Shown here: piece after piece, positions 12,798-24,100 of the stretch
Layout: every line of letters begins with the position of its first letter
Numbering within the stretch: position 1 is the first letter of the stretch
Assembly (NCBI GenBank): GCA_030390025.1
Contig: CM059449.1
Coordinates: 15,500,001-15,564,000 of the forward strand
Direction of reading: 5' to 3'
From: Squalus acanthias
Lineage: Eukaryota
Length of the DNA stretch: 64,000 bases
Made by a program: the position numbers and the translations under genes
Notes under the pieces: generated by a model
The model's input: only the letters and a program-made list of their open reading frames with translations
Databases searched by the model: none
Told to the model about the DNA's origin: nothing

Positions 12798-14283
12798 GAG
12801 AGCAGATGAGTGAAAGAAAGAAAAGAGGGACAAAGATGGGGACCTAGATATAAACAGAGAGAGGGGGAGAGAGAACAAAAGAGAGGTAGAGATGGGGAGA
12901 GAGAGATAGGGACAGAGAGAGAGAGGGACACAGATGGAGGTGACTGTTAAATGCCAGAAGTGGAAGATGCACTGTAACATTTAATGTAGGCACAGCACCA
13001 GTACTGGCCCGAGCGGGTACGGGGCACTGAGAGGGAGAGGGGCGGGGATCGCCAGTGTTGGTGTGTTTACAATGAGGCAGAAACAGATGGGGAGACAGGC
13101 AGAGAGAAAGAAACGGAGAGGCAGAAAGATGCAGCTGGAATAATGGAGAGAGAGAGAGGCAGAAGGAGAGACACAAAGGGAGAGAGACAGAGAGAAGCAG
13201 AAGGAGAGACAGAGAAACAGAGGGAGAGAGAAACAGTGGGAGAGACAAAGGGAGAGAAACGCACACACAGAAACAGAGAGAGAGAGAGAGAGACAACAAC
13301 AACAACCATTTATATAGTGCCTTTAAAGTAGTAACACGTCCAAGGGCGCTTCACAGGAGCATTAACAAACAAAATTTGACACCGAATCACATAAGGAGAT
13401 ATTAGGACAGATGACCAAAAGCTTGATCAGAGGTAGGTTTCAAGCAGCGTCTTAAAGACAGAAGGAGTTGACTCGGTTAAACACACAGGGAGAGACACAG
13501 GCTTTGGGGGTCTCCTGTGTGTAGTCACTGCCCCGCTCCCAGCCTCTGCAGAAAAGCCCCTCTGTAACACCCTTCCAGAATGTAGGGTTTAAAACTAAAT
13601 CCTGGGACGCCGAGTTTAAAAAGTGTCCCTAAGGAATCAGCAGCATAATCCCTGTTTGTGGGAGCTTGCTGTGCACATATTGGCTGCCGCTTTTCCTACA
13701 TTACAACAGTGAGTACATTGGCGGCTGTAAAGCGCTCATGAGGTTGTGACATTAAAGTCCTCAACATGACCCGTCTAAAGGCTTTTACTAATTCCAGAAT
13801 AATGCTGGTGTTTTGGACAATGCGACGAGTTTGACTGTTAAGTGAGATATGCGGTGGACATTTTAACGAGGTTCTGAGTGTAACATTGTTTCTGTGTCTC
13901 TCTGCACCTCTTTCTGTATCTCTCTCTGATCCAACATTGCCGGGTTTAAACTAACGTGCAAAGATAATATTGTCTCCATCTCTTGTTTCAGTTTCTCAGT
14001 CCCTCTCACTGATTCTGTATATTCTGTATATTAGTTTCTGTATCTGTTTCTCTCACCCTCTCTGTATCCTCGCCCTTTATCTTCTGTTCTCTCCCTCTGT
14101 TTAACAAATGGGGCGAGGAGATTAACAGGGAGAGAGAGAAACAGAGCGACAGGCACAGTGAAAATTCACTATCTTTGCCCAGTCCTGTGTGGGAATTTTG
14201 TGCGGGTGTTTCAGTGGCTAGTGTGTATCAAAAGGTTTTAAATCAGCAAAAAGAATTTCCCTGGTCAGAGCGGTGCTGCCCTG
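11995..14283 (+). repeat. Second duplicated block (homologous to about 60942-63720), rich in (GA)n and L2-tail fragments
   Basis: Colinear match from aggcttgttatt to gtgctgccctg. Internal subrepeats (tttcaatcaagattaaagctgagatagagag) are present, and a further degenerate partial copy lies at about 59565-60360. Confidence 0.85.
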
Positions 14284-14984
14284 GGTTATCCGGGGATTAA
14301 CATATCAACGAACAAGGCAGAATCAGAGATTTGACCTAGTCATACCAGACCACTCCCAGGATTAACATAACAATGGACAGAAACCGGGCGGAGAAAGACA
14401 TCACAAGATGTCAAAGGCCCAAGGGAGGAGCTCCAGCCTGCAGTCTACAAACTGCTGAGCTGGGATGGGGGAGGGTGGGTCCCTGTCCCGTGGGTCCCTG
14501 TCTCAAAACCCACCCCTCTTTCTCCAGGGGAGGTGAGCACATCTCGCGCCTTGTTCAGCCTGTGTGTGTCCTCCACCCCTCTCGCCAATCATCTTCCTCT
14601 TTACATTCTCTGAGTTTATAACTGTAAATGCTGTTGCTGACAGGATATCCCTGGACCTGAGCGAGCGAGAATGAAGGATCTTGTGCTCTTGCTGTGTAGT
14701 TTACTTCTTAATTCATTGCTTGCTTTGTTATAATCAAATTTAATTTTTCTCTCTTCCCCGAGGATAATTTCTATGGAAGCTGCAATGTGACGATGCAGAG
14801 AGTGTTTTGGGACGTGGTATCCTTGGAGAAGAGCTTCCTTCAGAGTTGAGTGACTGAGGCACCTCAGCACAGGCTGCACCCAATGTGTCTGTTCAACACC
14901 CCGGGATTCATTTCCATCGCTTGCTCCCCCAATCGCCCAATATAACTTGTACATATTTCTGCACCTCACTCTCTCTCTGTACCT

Positions 14985-15505
14985 CTGTAGAAAAGGCGCT
15001 TAAGATGGCATACAAGATACTTTCCTTTATTAGCCGAGCAATAGAATACAAGAGCAGGGAGGTTGTGCTAGAACTGTATCAAACACTAATTAGGCCACAG
15101 GTAGAGTACTTTGTACAGTTGTGGTCACATTACAGGAAAGGTGTGATTGCGATAGAGAGGGTAAAGAGGAGATTCACAGGGATGTTGCTAGGATTGGAGA
15201 ATTTTAGCTATGAGGAAAGATTGGATAGGCTGGGTTTGTTTTCTTTGGAATAGATGAGACTGAGGAAGAATAAATAGAGGTGCATAAAATTACGAGGGGC
15301 CTAGATAGAGTGGATAGGAAGGACTTATTTCCATCAGCAGCGAAGTCAATAACCAGGGGACATATATGCACTTGAAGTGCCATAACCTATAAGGCGACGG
15401 ACCAAGAGCAGCAAATTGGGATTAGGCTGGATAGTTTTATAAATCAGCCAGCACAGACACGATGGGCCGAATGGCTTCCCTCTGTGCCATAAACTTGTAT
15501 GATTC
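14985..15505 (+). mobile_element. CR1-type LINE 3' fragment
   Basis: ORF AYKILSFISRAIEYKSRE..LDRLGLFSLE. Confidence 0.85.
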
Positions 15506-15894
15506 CCTTTCTTTGTCCCTATTTTTCCATCTCTATTTCCCTTACAGTCTGGGATCAGTGACAGAGAAACACACAGGCGGTACAGTCAGACACACCTGTC
15601 CCTGTAGACACATCAGGGGTTAAATTTACACTGGAGTTCTCTAGATTGCCGAATGCAAGCTGTATATTCATCTCCCTCCCTCTTTAGTCACATCTCTGTA
15701 TCTGCACATCTTTCTTTAAATCTGTATCTCTCTCCATCTTACTTTATCTCTTCCTGCAACTTTAATCTTTGCATCCGTTCATCTCCCTCTCTACTCTTTT
15801 CTGTATCTACATCTTTCTTGATATCGCTGCCTCTCCATCACTTTCTCTGTATCTGCATCACGCTTTATGTCTTTCTCTATATCTCCAACTCGTT

Positions 15895-16714
15895 ATACAG
15901 GCCGCAGGATACAGGGGGGGGGGGGGGTAGTGGGGTGGATGGAGATATACGGCGGGGGGGGGGATTTAGACAGCGGAGGGGAGGAATTAACAGGGGCAAT
16001 ATAGGGTCAGTTCACAGGGCTGGAGTTAGGAATAAATAGCCGGGGGGCGGGGGAATAAACTGCGTTTTGTGCTTATTGCAGGGGGCAGATATTTTGTGCT
16101 TGGTGAGGGGGGTGGGGGGCAGTCATTTTCTGCTTGGTGCGGGGGAGCAGCCATTTTGTGGTTGTTGCGGGTGGAGTATTTTACACAGTTGTGTAAGTGA
16201 GTCACACAAGGGGCAAAATAGATTTTCACCAGCAGGGGGAGGGTGATTCACAGGGCGGTGGTGGGGTGGGGAGGAGGGGCATTATACATGTATGGAGATA
16301 TATGGGGGTATTATGCAGGGGGCTTGTGGAGTTTCAGCAAGAGTGGGAAGGTGTTTCACAGAGGGAGAGATATACAGGGAGATGGGGTGAATTATACAGG
16401 GGCAGTTATAAAGGGGGAGCATACGGGTGGATTATACAGGGGAGTGGGGAGGAGATAAGCGAGGAGAATTATACAAGTGTGTGTAATTCAAAGGTGTATT
16501 AATCGGGGCATTTCAAAGCGAGGGAAATTATAGGTGGAGATTAAACGGGGAGTTTCATGGGGGGAGCTTCACGAGGGGGCGTAGTATGCAGGGGTATTAT
16601 ACGAGGGGCAGAGGTGGGGAGTTTAATGGGGTGTAGTATACCAGAGGGCAAGGGGTGGAAGATTCACAGGGGTATAGTATACAGGGGTGTGTCACAGGGG
16701 TATAGTATACAGGG
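15895..16714 (+). repeat. G-rich degenerate tandem/low-complexity tract (GGGG..ATTATACAGG-like units)
   Basis: Strong G skew, many G4-G13 runs and recurrent tatacaggg units. It directly abuts the start of duplication copy 2. Confidence 0.7.
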
Positions 16715-17075
16715 GAGTTAACGTTTCAGGTCGATGGCCCTTCGTCAGAACTGGAAAAAGTTGGAGATGGAACAGGATTTTAAGCAAGTGTTGGGGCAGG
16801 GAAAGGGGGGAGGGAGGGAAAGGGGGAGTTGAGGAAAGAACAAAAGGGAAGGTCTGTGTTAGGACGGAAGGCAGGAAAGATTAAGAGACAAAAGGGATGA
16901 TGTTGCAAGGCAAAAGGAGATGGTAATGGGACAAGTTCGGAAACAAAATTAGACTCCAGATGAAGTGTAAATGGCAATGGCAGAATGATCGACCATCCCA
17001 CCATTTTCTTGCATTATCTTTCACCTTAACCAAGCGCCACCATACTGACTATATTATTGTTTCTGTTTCTAACAG

Positions 17076-17134
17076 GAGCTGGAGTCGAGCCTATCTGCCA
17101 TTTCCCCACACTCAGCGTTGGATTACAAGTATAA
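17076..17134 (+). pseudogene. Truncated orphan copy (A2) of the activating stalk/TM exon: RAGVEPICHFPTLSVGLQV*
   Basis: The acceptor is intact. An approximately 375-bp deletion relative to 4295-4670 removes the TM and creates TAA at 17132-17134. There is no V exon between 12 and 17 kb. Confidence 0.72.
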
Positions 17135-20100
17135 TGTCCAGTTTGTGCAGGATCTTTAATGTTACAGCACATGTTCTTTTACCCTATGAAACTCTGCTGC
17201 CCGTGTCCTAACGTGCAGCAAGTCCCGTTCGCACATCTCCCCTGTGCTCGCTGACCTACATTGGGTCCCGGTTAACCAACGCCTCGATTTCAAAATTCTC
17301 ATCCTTGTTATCAAATCCTTCCGTGGCCTCGCCCGTCCCTATTGCTGTAATCAATTCAGCCCCACAAACCCCCGAGATATCTGTGCTCCTCTAATTCTGC
17401 CCTCTTGAGCATCCCTGATTATAATCGCTCAACCATTGGTGGCCGTGCCTTCTGTTGCCTAGGCCCTAATCTCTGGAATACCCTGCCTAAACCTCTCTGC
17501 CTCGCTACCTCTCTTTCCTCCTTTAAGATGTTCCTTAAAACCTACCTCTTTGAACAAGCTTTTGTTCATCTGCCCTAATTTCTCCCTATATGGCTCGGTG
17601 TACATTTTTTTTGACTTACAATACTCCTGTGAAGCACCATGGGACGTTTTACTACGTTAAAGGCGCTATATACAAAGAAGTTGTTGTTGTTGAATCCCTT
17701 AAATGTCATTATAACAGCAGTTTTGTGCTGGTCAGGAGTCTTGATTACTCATCCTGTGACTCTAAAGAAGATCCACTTCCACTGCCTAAGGGAGAACTAT
17801 CTGTTGTTAAATTACAATTGTCCAAGTCTCGAGAACAGGTCCTTGGCTGCTTATATGGTAGAAATCAACTGACTTTACAAAAGCGACATTCTGATAACGT
17901 GATATTTTTATGTTATTATAAATGCCTTCTGGGACTGCTTTTGTTTATTTTGCTAAGTATAATGAAAGGTTTTGCTGTCTTTAATTCAATAGTGCTCGAC
18001 ATGGGACTAACCTCGATATTTGCTCGCAACGCCTTTAACTGAATGCTGTGCACAATCTATTCAAAATGCATGGATGCTTCCGATGTGCTTTTTTATTGGC
18101 CCCTTTTTTGCGAGACTTTCTAATATATAGTGACGTATCTACACCCTGTATGAAAGGGCTCTTGGAATTTTTACCCCCGATTAAAGCGAACGCTTTCTTT
18201 CTCGTATTTAATCCAAATTGTTCTTTACTTGCTGGGATTAGTAGAAGTCCCATCCTCAGCTTGTCTGCAACAACTTTCTTGCACCCCAGTGCTTCCGTAG
18301 GGAATTCTAGGACTAGGGGGCAGTGTCTAAAAATTAGAGCCAGACCTTTCAAGAGTGAAATTAGGAAACACTTCTACACACAAAGGGTGGTAGACCTCTG
18401 GAACTCCCTTCCGCAAACGGCAATTGATGCTAATCAATTGTTAATTTTAAATCCGAGGCTGATAGATTTCTGTTAACTAAAGATATTAAGAGATATGGGC
18501 CAAAGGTGGGAAAAGCGAGAGTGGCCGGAGGGAGATCTAGAGATGCGCGGCAAAAAGTGAGGCTGTGATTCGAAGATCAGCGAGTAGAAGGTGAGGGTGT
18601 GTGTGAAACTCAACCGCACCTGACAAGAAGTGGGAGGAGCCTGGAAAAGGCCGCCGAGCCCCGGGAATGACCGCCTTTAGAAAGTGACAGTGCTGCAAAT
18701 TCAGCAGTCGAGGTTTGGAGAGGGAGGGGGATTGGGGTGGCGGCGGGCGCTCGGGAAACTCCCCCTTAGCCAGTCGGCCTCTGAGGGGAAGTTTGCGGGC
18801 CGGTTGAAACTGGTGGACAGGGGAATGTGGGACTATAAATACACACGAATACCACCAACAGCAATTTCCAAGCCTAAAGTGACCGTAATGTGCCTGATGC
18901 CACTGCTTCTGATCTGTGATGTGCACTTACATCTGCACTCAGATTGTGCTGCTAAAGGTATCCCACTCGTTAAGCTTTTCACATATACAGAGAGGCACAG
19001 GCACGGCGGGCCAAACGCCCTCCTTCTGTGCTATATCATTGAATAGGAGGAACGATTGGAATGATGGAGGTGTTGATGTCCAGGTGTCCAACTCAGTTCC
19101 TGGCAGGCGTTGTGCAGGACAGGGGCAATGAGAGCAAGTGCAGCCATTGGAATAAAAAGTTGAAATCCGCTCTCATGTCCTTGGCCCAGGGCTGAAACCA
19201 GTCACAGATGAAAGACAGCTCTTTCTACTGGCTGTGAGGGCCCCCTGAGAACTGCTGAACATAATATGAATTAGGAGCAGTGCTCAGCCATTTGGCCCTT
19301 CGAGCCTGCTCCGCCATTCAATAAGATCGTGGCTGCTCTTCTACCTCATCTCCACTTTCCTGAACAATCCCCATATCCCTTGATTCACTTAATATTCAAC
19401 ATTCTGTCGATCTCTGCCTTGAATATACTCAATGACTGAGCCTCCACAGCCCTCTGGGGTAGAGAATTCCAAAGATTCACCACCCTCTGTGTGAAGAAAT
19501 GTCTCCTCATCTCAGTCCTAAATGGTCGACCCCTTATTCTGAGACTTTGAACCTTGGTTCTAGTCTCCTCAGCCAGGGGAAACATCCTCCCTGAATTTAC
19601 CCTGTCAAGCCCTTTAAGAATGTTGTATGTTTCAATGAGATCACCTCTCATTCTTCTAAACTCGAGAGAATATAGGCCCAGTCTACTCAATCTCTGCACA
19701 TAGGACAATCCCCCCATCCCAGGAGCCAGTCTGGTGAAACTTCCTTGCACTCCCTCTGTGGCAAGTATACCCTTCCTTAGGTAAGGAGACCAAAACTGTG
19801 CACAATACTCTAGGTGTGGTCTCACCAGGGCCCTTTATAATTGCAGTAAGACGTCTTTACTCTTATACTCAAATCCTCTTGTAATAAAGGCAACCAGTCT
19901 GTTCCCAGTTCCTAACGGATGTGGTTCCACAGCACAAATCTTCAACATTGATTGTCACAAAAGTGGAAATCTCAACCAATCGGTAAAACCCTTACTTCTG
20001 GGGCAGAAGTTTGCGGCTCAATCCCCATTCCAGGAGTTGAGCACGTAAAGTAGGCGAATATCCACTGCAACACTGAGGGTTCTGGGAGTTAAGCCTGGGA

Positions 20101-20586
20101 GGATCAAAAGGGAACGTTTGGCCGGTAACTTGGCATTGCAGTAACGGAAGGCGCTGGATTCTCCTTTCATCAAAATGAATGGAAGGAAATTCCAGCGTTG
20201 GAACCTTCCCATGAGATTTTCCTCCATGCTGTGTCCCGGGGATGGTGAACGCCTAGACAGTGAAGACAAAAAATCTACCCGCATCAGTCGGAAAGTAGTT
20301 AGTTGTGCCGAGCTTTGAGACATCCTGCCAAGTAATCATTTCTCGGGGAGATGGTTCTGCCGATCTCCTGCTGTGACATCGCCGGAAGTTCGGCAGAACC
20401 TCCGGTATAGCTATTACGCGCTTCTGCTGAGTACCGCCGATCTTCCGCCGACGTTACCACAGGAGAGCGGGAGAACCCCGCATAAGTTATCACCCCCCCT
20501 TGAGTTTAACAAAAAGCATTCATTTTAATAAAAGGTATAACGGAAAATCAACAGAACAACCTGACATGGGTCAACTGAGAAGAACT

Positions 20587-20592
20587 TTTATT
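20587..20592 (-). terminator. Candidate poly(A) signal AATAAA of inhibitory gene I2
   Basis: About 0.5 kb past the stop and followed by GT-rich sequence on the minus strand. Retained in the paralogs near 8141 and 47873. A second AATAAA lies at 20725-20730. Confidence 0.45.
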
Positions 20593-21082
20593 GCGAAAAT
20601 ATCAAATACTATATCGGATTATGATGAAATGTAAGGAGTTATGTGATGAAACTAGGCCGAGTGAACAGTAACGAGTATGAACGCTCAACATGTTGGTTTT
20701 CATTTTAACAGCGGCATGAACCAGTTTATTTTCCAGGATAACACGCCCCTTAATATAGGGGACTAATACATGTCATACAAATGTGATAAATGTTCACAAC
20801 TAACACAAAGAGTCTGATGTTAAAGCATTGGAGATTCCAAGCCCTTGTTGCTGAATTATGTGTGGATAAACCTCACTCACTAAGTTAGAGGACAAAACAT
20901 TCGCCTGGAAATTCCCATGGAGGGTTCTCTGATCATCCGCCGTTGAAGATCCCACAGAACGCCCGAGCTTCCGCCCAAGTTACGGCGGGAGAATGGGACA
21001 ACTCTGCGGAAATTCCACCAGTTCTCCATCGCGGGTGGGGGCAGGTGCTTCTCATCATTGGGGTGAAATGTCTCGGCTCCTC

Positions 21083-21190
21083 TTACTTCACCGAAGCGTA
21101 CAGCACCCCTTCTCGCTTTACACGGCGCTCAGTTTGATTGCTGTCCTGAATATTCAGCGTGGCGTATTGCAACTTGTCATCCCCCTCTCT
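21083..21190 (-). CDS. I2 exon 8: terminal exon REGDDKLQYATLNIQDSNQTERRVKREGVLYASVK* with two ITIMs
   Basis: Acceptor tttcatctcaatag|, phase 0. LQYATL and VLYASV both match (I/V/L/S)xYxx(L/V), with the tyrosines 22 aa apart. TAA at 21085-21083. Both motifs are kept in the copies at 8631-8738 and 48322-48429. Confidence 0.85.
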   Translation of the reverse strand, partial: REGDDKLQYATLNIQDSNQTERRVKREGVLYASVK

Positions 21191-24100
21191 CTATTGAGAT
21201 GAAAGTGTTTCAATGTTGAATAAAATATTGTAAACTGAATATAGCGTAGGGCCTCAAACCCAGCGCACCAGATGTTGCGCAGTTTCAATGGAATATAATT
21301 CAACCCAGTAAACATTCTACATATAATTAGCATATGACTCCACCTGTCAGATATTGTTTCGTTAAATAGGATAGATCGCGCCGTCCTAAATATTCCTGTC
21401 CTTTTGAATATATTTCAGCTAGTCAACGATTGCACGATTTAAGTAACAAGCAAGGAAAACCGTCGACCTAATTAACACATCATTATCATTTTAAAATCCA
21501 TGCATTTAGAACAATTCACACTTAATGAATTGAGGAGCAGTGGGTCAGTCAGCATCTGGGAAAGACAGATTAACATTTGGGAATAACTGTTCAGGAGCAC
21601 ATTCCGTTGAAGGCAACGTGCCAACCCACGGTTACCCTCTGTTTTCTCTTCCAGGTGCTGCCTGACCTACTTTGCATATCCAGCATTTTCTGTTACGGCT
21701 TCAGATTTCCTCCTTATCTCGACTTTGTCAAAGTAGGTGTATTTTTGCGTGTGCATGCCTGGGTCCCCCTATTTTGGGGTCCATTTTAATGTTCCTGGGT
21801 GTATCTCGTGCTTTTTGTATTCGTTATTGGGATGTGGGCGTCGCTGGCAAGGCCAGAATTTATTGCCCATCCACAGCAGCCTTTGAGAAGGTGGTGGTGA
21901 GCCGCCTTCTTGAACCGTTGCAGTCAAGGTATTCCCACATTGTTTTTCAAAGCGGCTTTTTACAACTTAGTGGCTATTTTGGAGGAGAGTTGAGAGTCAA
22001 CCACATGGCTGTGGGTCTGGAGTCACATATGGGCCAGACCAGGTAAGGACGGCAGATTTCCTTCCCTAAGGGGCATCAGTGAACAAGGTGGGTTTTTATG
22101 ACAATCCGATAGTTTCATGTCACCATTACTGATACTAGCTTTTTAGTCCAGATTTAATTAATTAAATTTAAATTCCCCAGTTGCTGTGGTGGGGTTTGTA
22201 CTGACGTCGCACGGATCATTAGCCCAGCTCTGATGGATTACTAGTCCAGTAACATCAGCAGTATGCTACCGTTCCCTATATATGCTTGTGCATGCAACCT
22301 GCTTATTTGTGTGTGGCTATATGTATTTGCGAGTGTCTGTGAGAGTGTGTCTTTCTGTGTGTGCAGGTGTTTGAATTCTGGAACTGTTAGGTTTCATTTT
22401 ATGTCTTTCCTGGTTGGCTTTCTGTTGAACTTTAACGAATATTTTAGTCCCGCCTCTCTTCAATTTCGATTTTCAACTTGCCGCGCCTGTGCGTAAAACC
22501 GGCGTTTGGGATGGGCCGCATCTGTGCTTTACGCCTGTGTGGCAAGTTGAGAATCTACCCCATATCTTCAAGAAGAAAAGTTGAGGCCGTCCAACCTCGT
22601 TTCATCTTTAGATTTTTACATCCAACTGAGAGAACTTTTTACATGATAATCTACCGGGAAAAGTAAACAAGAGGTCAGGGTTTAAAAATAACAAAAATAG
22701 CCCAAGTCGTTGTGGTACATACCCGATTTGTTCTTCTGCACTCAGAGCTGTCATTATTCCTGTCTATAAAGCATAGAAAAAAGAAAGAAGAAAGACTTGC
22801 ATTTATATAGCGCCTTTCACCACCTCAGGACGTCCCTAAGCGCTTCACAGCCAATCACGTACTTTTTGAAATGTTGTCGCCGTTGTAATGTAGGAACCGC
22901 GGCAGCCATTTTGCGCACAGCAAGCTCCCACAATCAACAATCTGACAATGGCCAAATAAACTGTTTCAGTGATGTTGATTGAGGGACAAACATTGGTCGG
23001 GACACCGGGGATATCTCCCCTGCTCTTCTTCAAAATAGTGCCAAGTGATATTTTACGTTTAGCTGAGAGAGCAGACGGAGCCTCGGTCTATTCTCACATC
23101 TAAAAGACGGTATCTCTGACAGTGCAACGCTCCCTCAGTACTGCACTGGGAGTGTCAGCCTAGATTTTTGTGCTCAAGTCTCTGGAGTGGGAACTTGAAA
23201 CCCACAGCTTTCAATGTTTCAGAGGCAAGGGTGTTACCAACTGAGCCACGGGAAATGACACTGCCTAATTTAATTTACTTGAACAGTGTATACAGTACAA
23301 TACAACATATTGTGCCTTAGATATAGCGCTGTAATACACTGTGGTATAATGCTATAGGATACAACATAACATAGTATAAAACAGGAGAACGCAATAAAAT
23401 AAAGTATACAGTGGGATGTACCGTATTGCAAAACAATAAACCGATAAAATTAGTATGGTCCAATATATAATACGCTACCACGCAATATAAAACAGCATAA
23501 GGTTCTTCTGTGCGATATAAACGGTGTTCATGTCAGATTCCTACGCCCACTATTTTAACTGTTTACTTTAAACTAATGCAAAAAGCAATTTGATATGAGC
23601 GCGCCAAGCACTTGTACGAGAATAGGGTGATGTCCAGGCTAATCTACTATAATATATGATATATAATACAGCATGACATTGAAACGTACTATTAAATATC
23701 ATGGAATAATTTATCACAAAAAAATCAGCGTGTGGTAAGAAAATATTGGCCCAGAAATTGATCTCGCTCTGTTCCCGCGGGGGTAAGCCTTCCCCGCGCT
23801 GTCTCACCTCGCTTATGCTTTTTCAGATCCAGCTCGCACGAACTTGATGTTCCAGACATCAGCTGTGCTGGGCTTGCGTATCCCAGCGGCGTAGTGAATT
23901 CGTGCGAGCTGTGGGATCACGTGACTCAGTTAGAGCCAATGGCAGCACACCATCTTCCATTCATAAGTCTCAGAGCATGGCTGTGAGACTTATGAATCTT
24001 ACACCCCCCCAAAATAACAGCTAAACCTCAATTAAATTTAAAAAAAAACCATCACATTAATAAAATAAGTATAGTTAATTAAATTAACCATTTTAAATAA

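Noticed and set aside
21205-21235. Additional ITIM-like IFYSTL on the minus strand
   Set aside because: It lies in the intron upstream of the exon-8 acceptor and in a different frame from the ITIM exon.
22610-22660. Alternative short last exon (VDYHVK..WM*) after the 41-nt exon
   Set aside because: The acceptor AG is lost in the intact copy I2 and there is no signalling motif.
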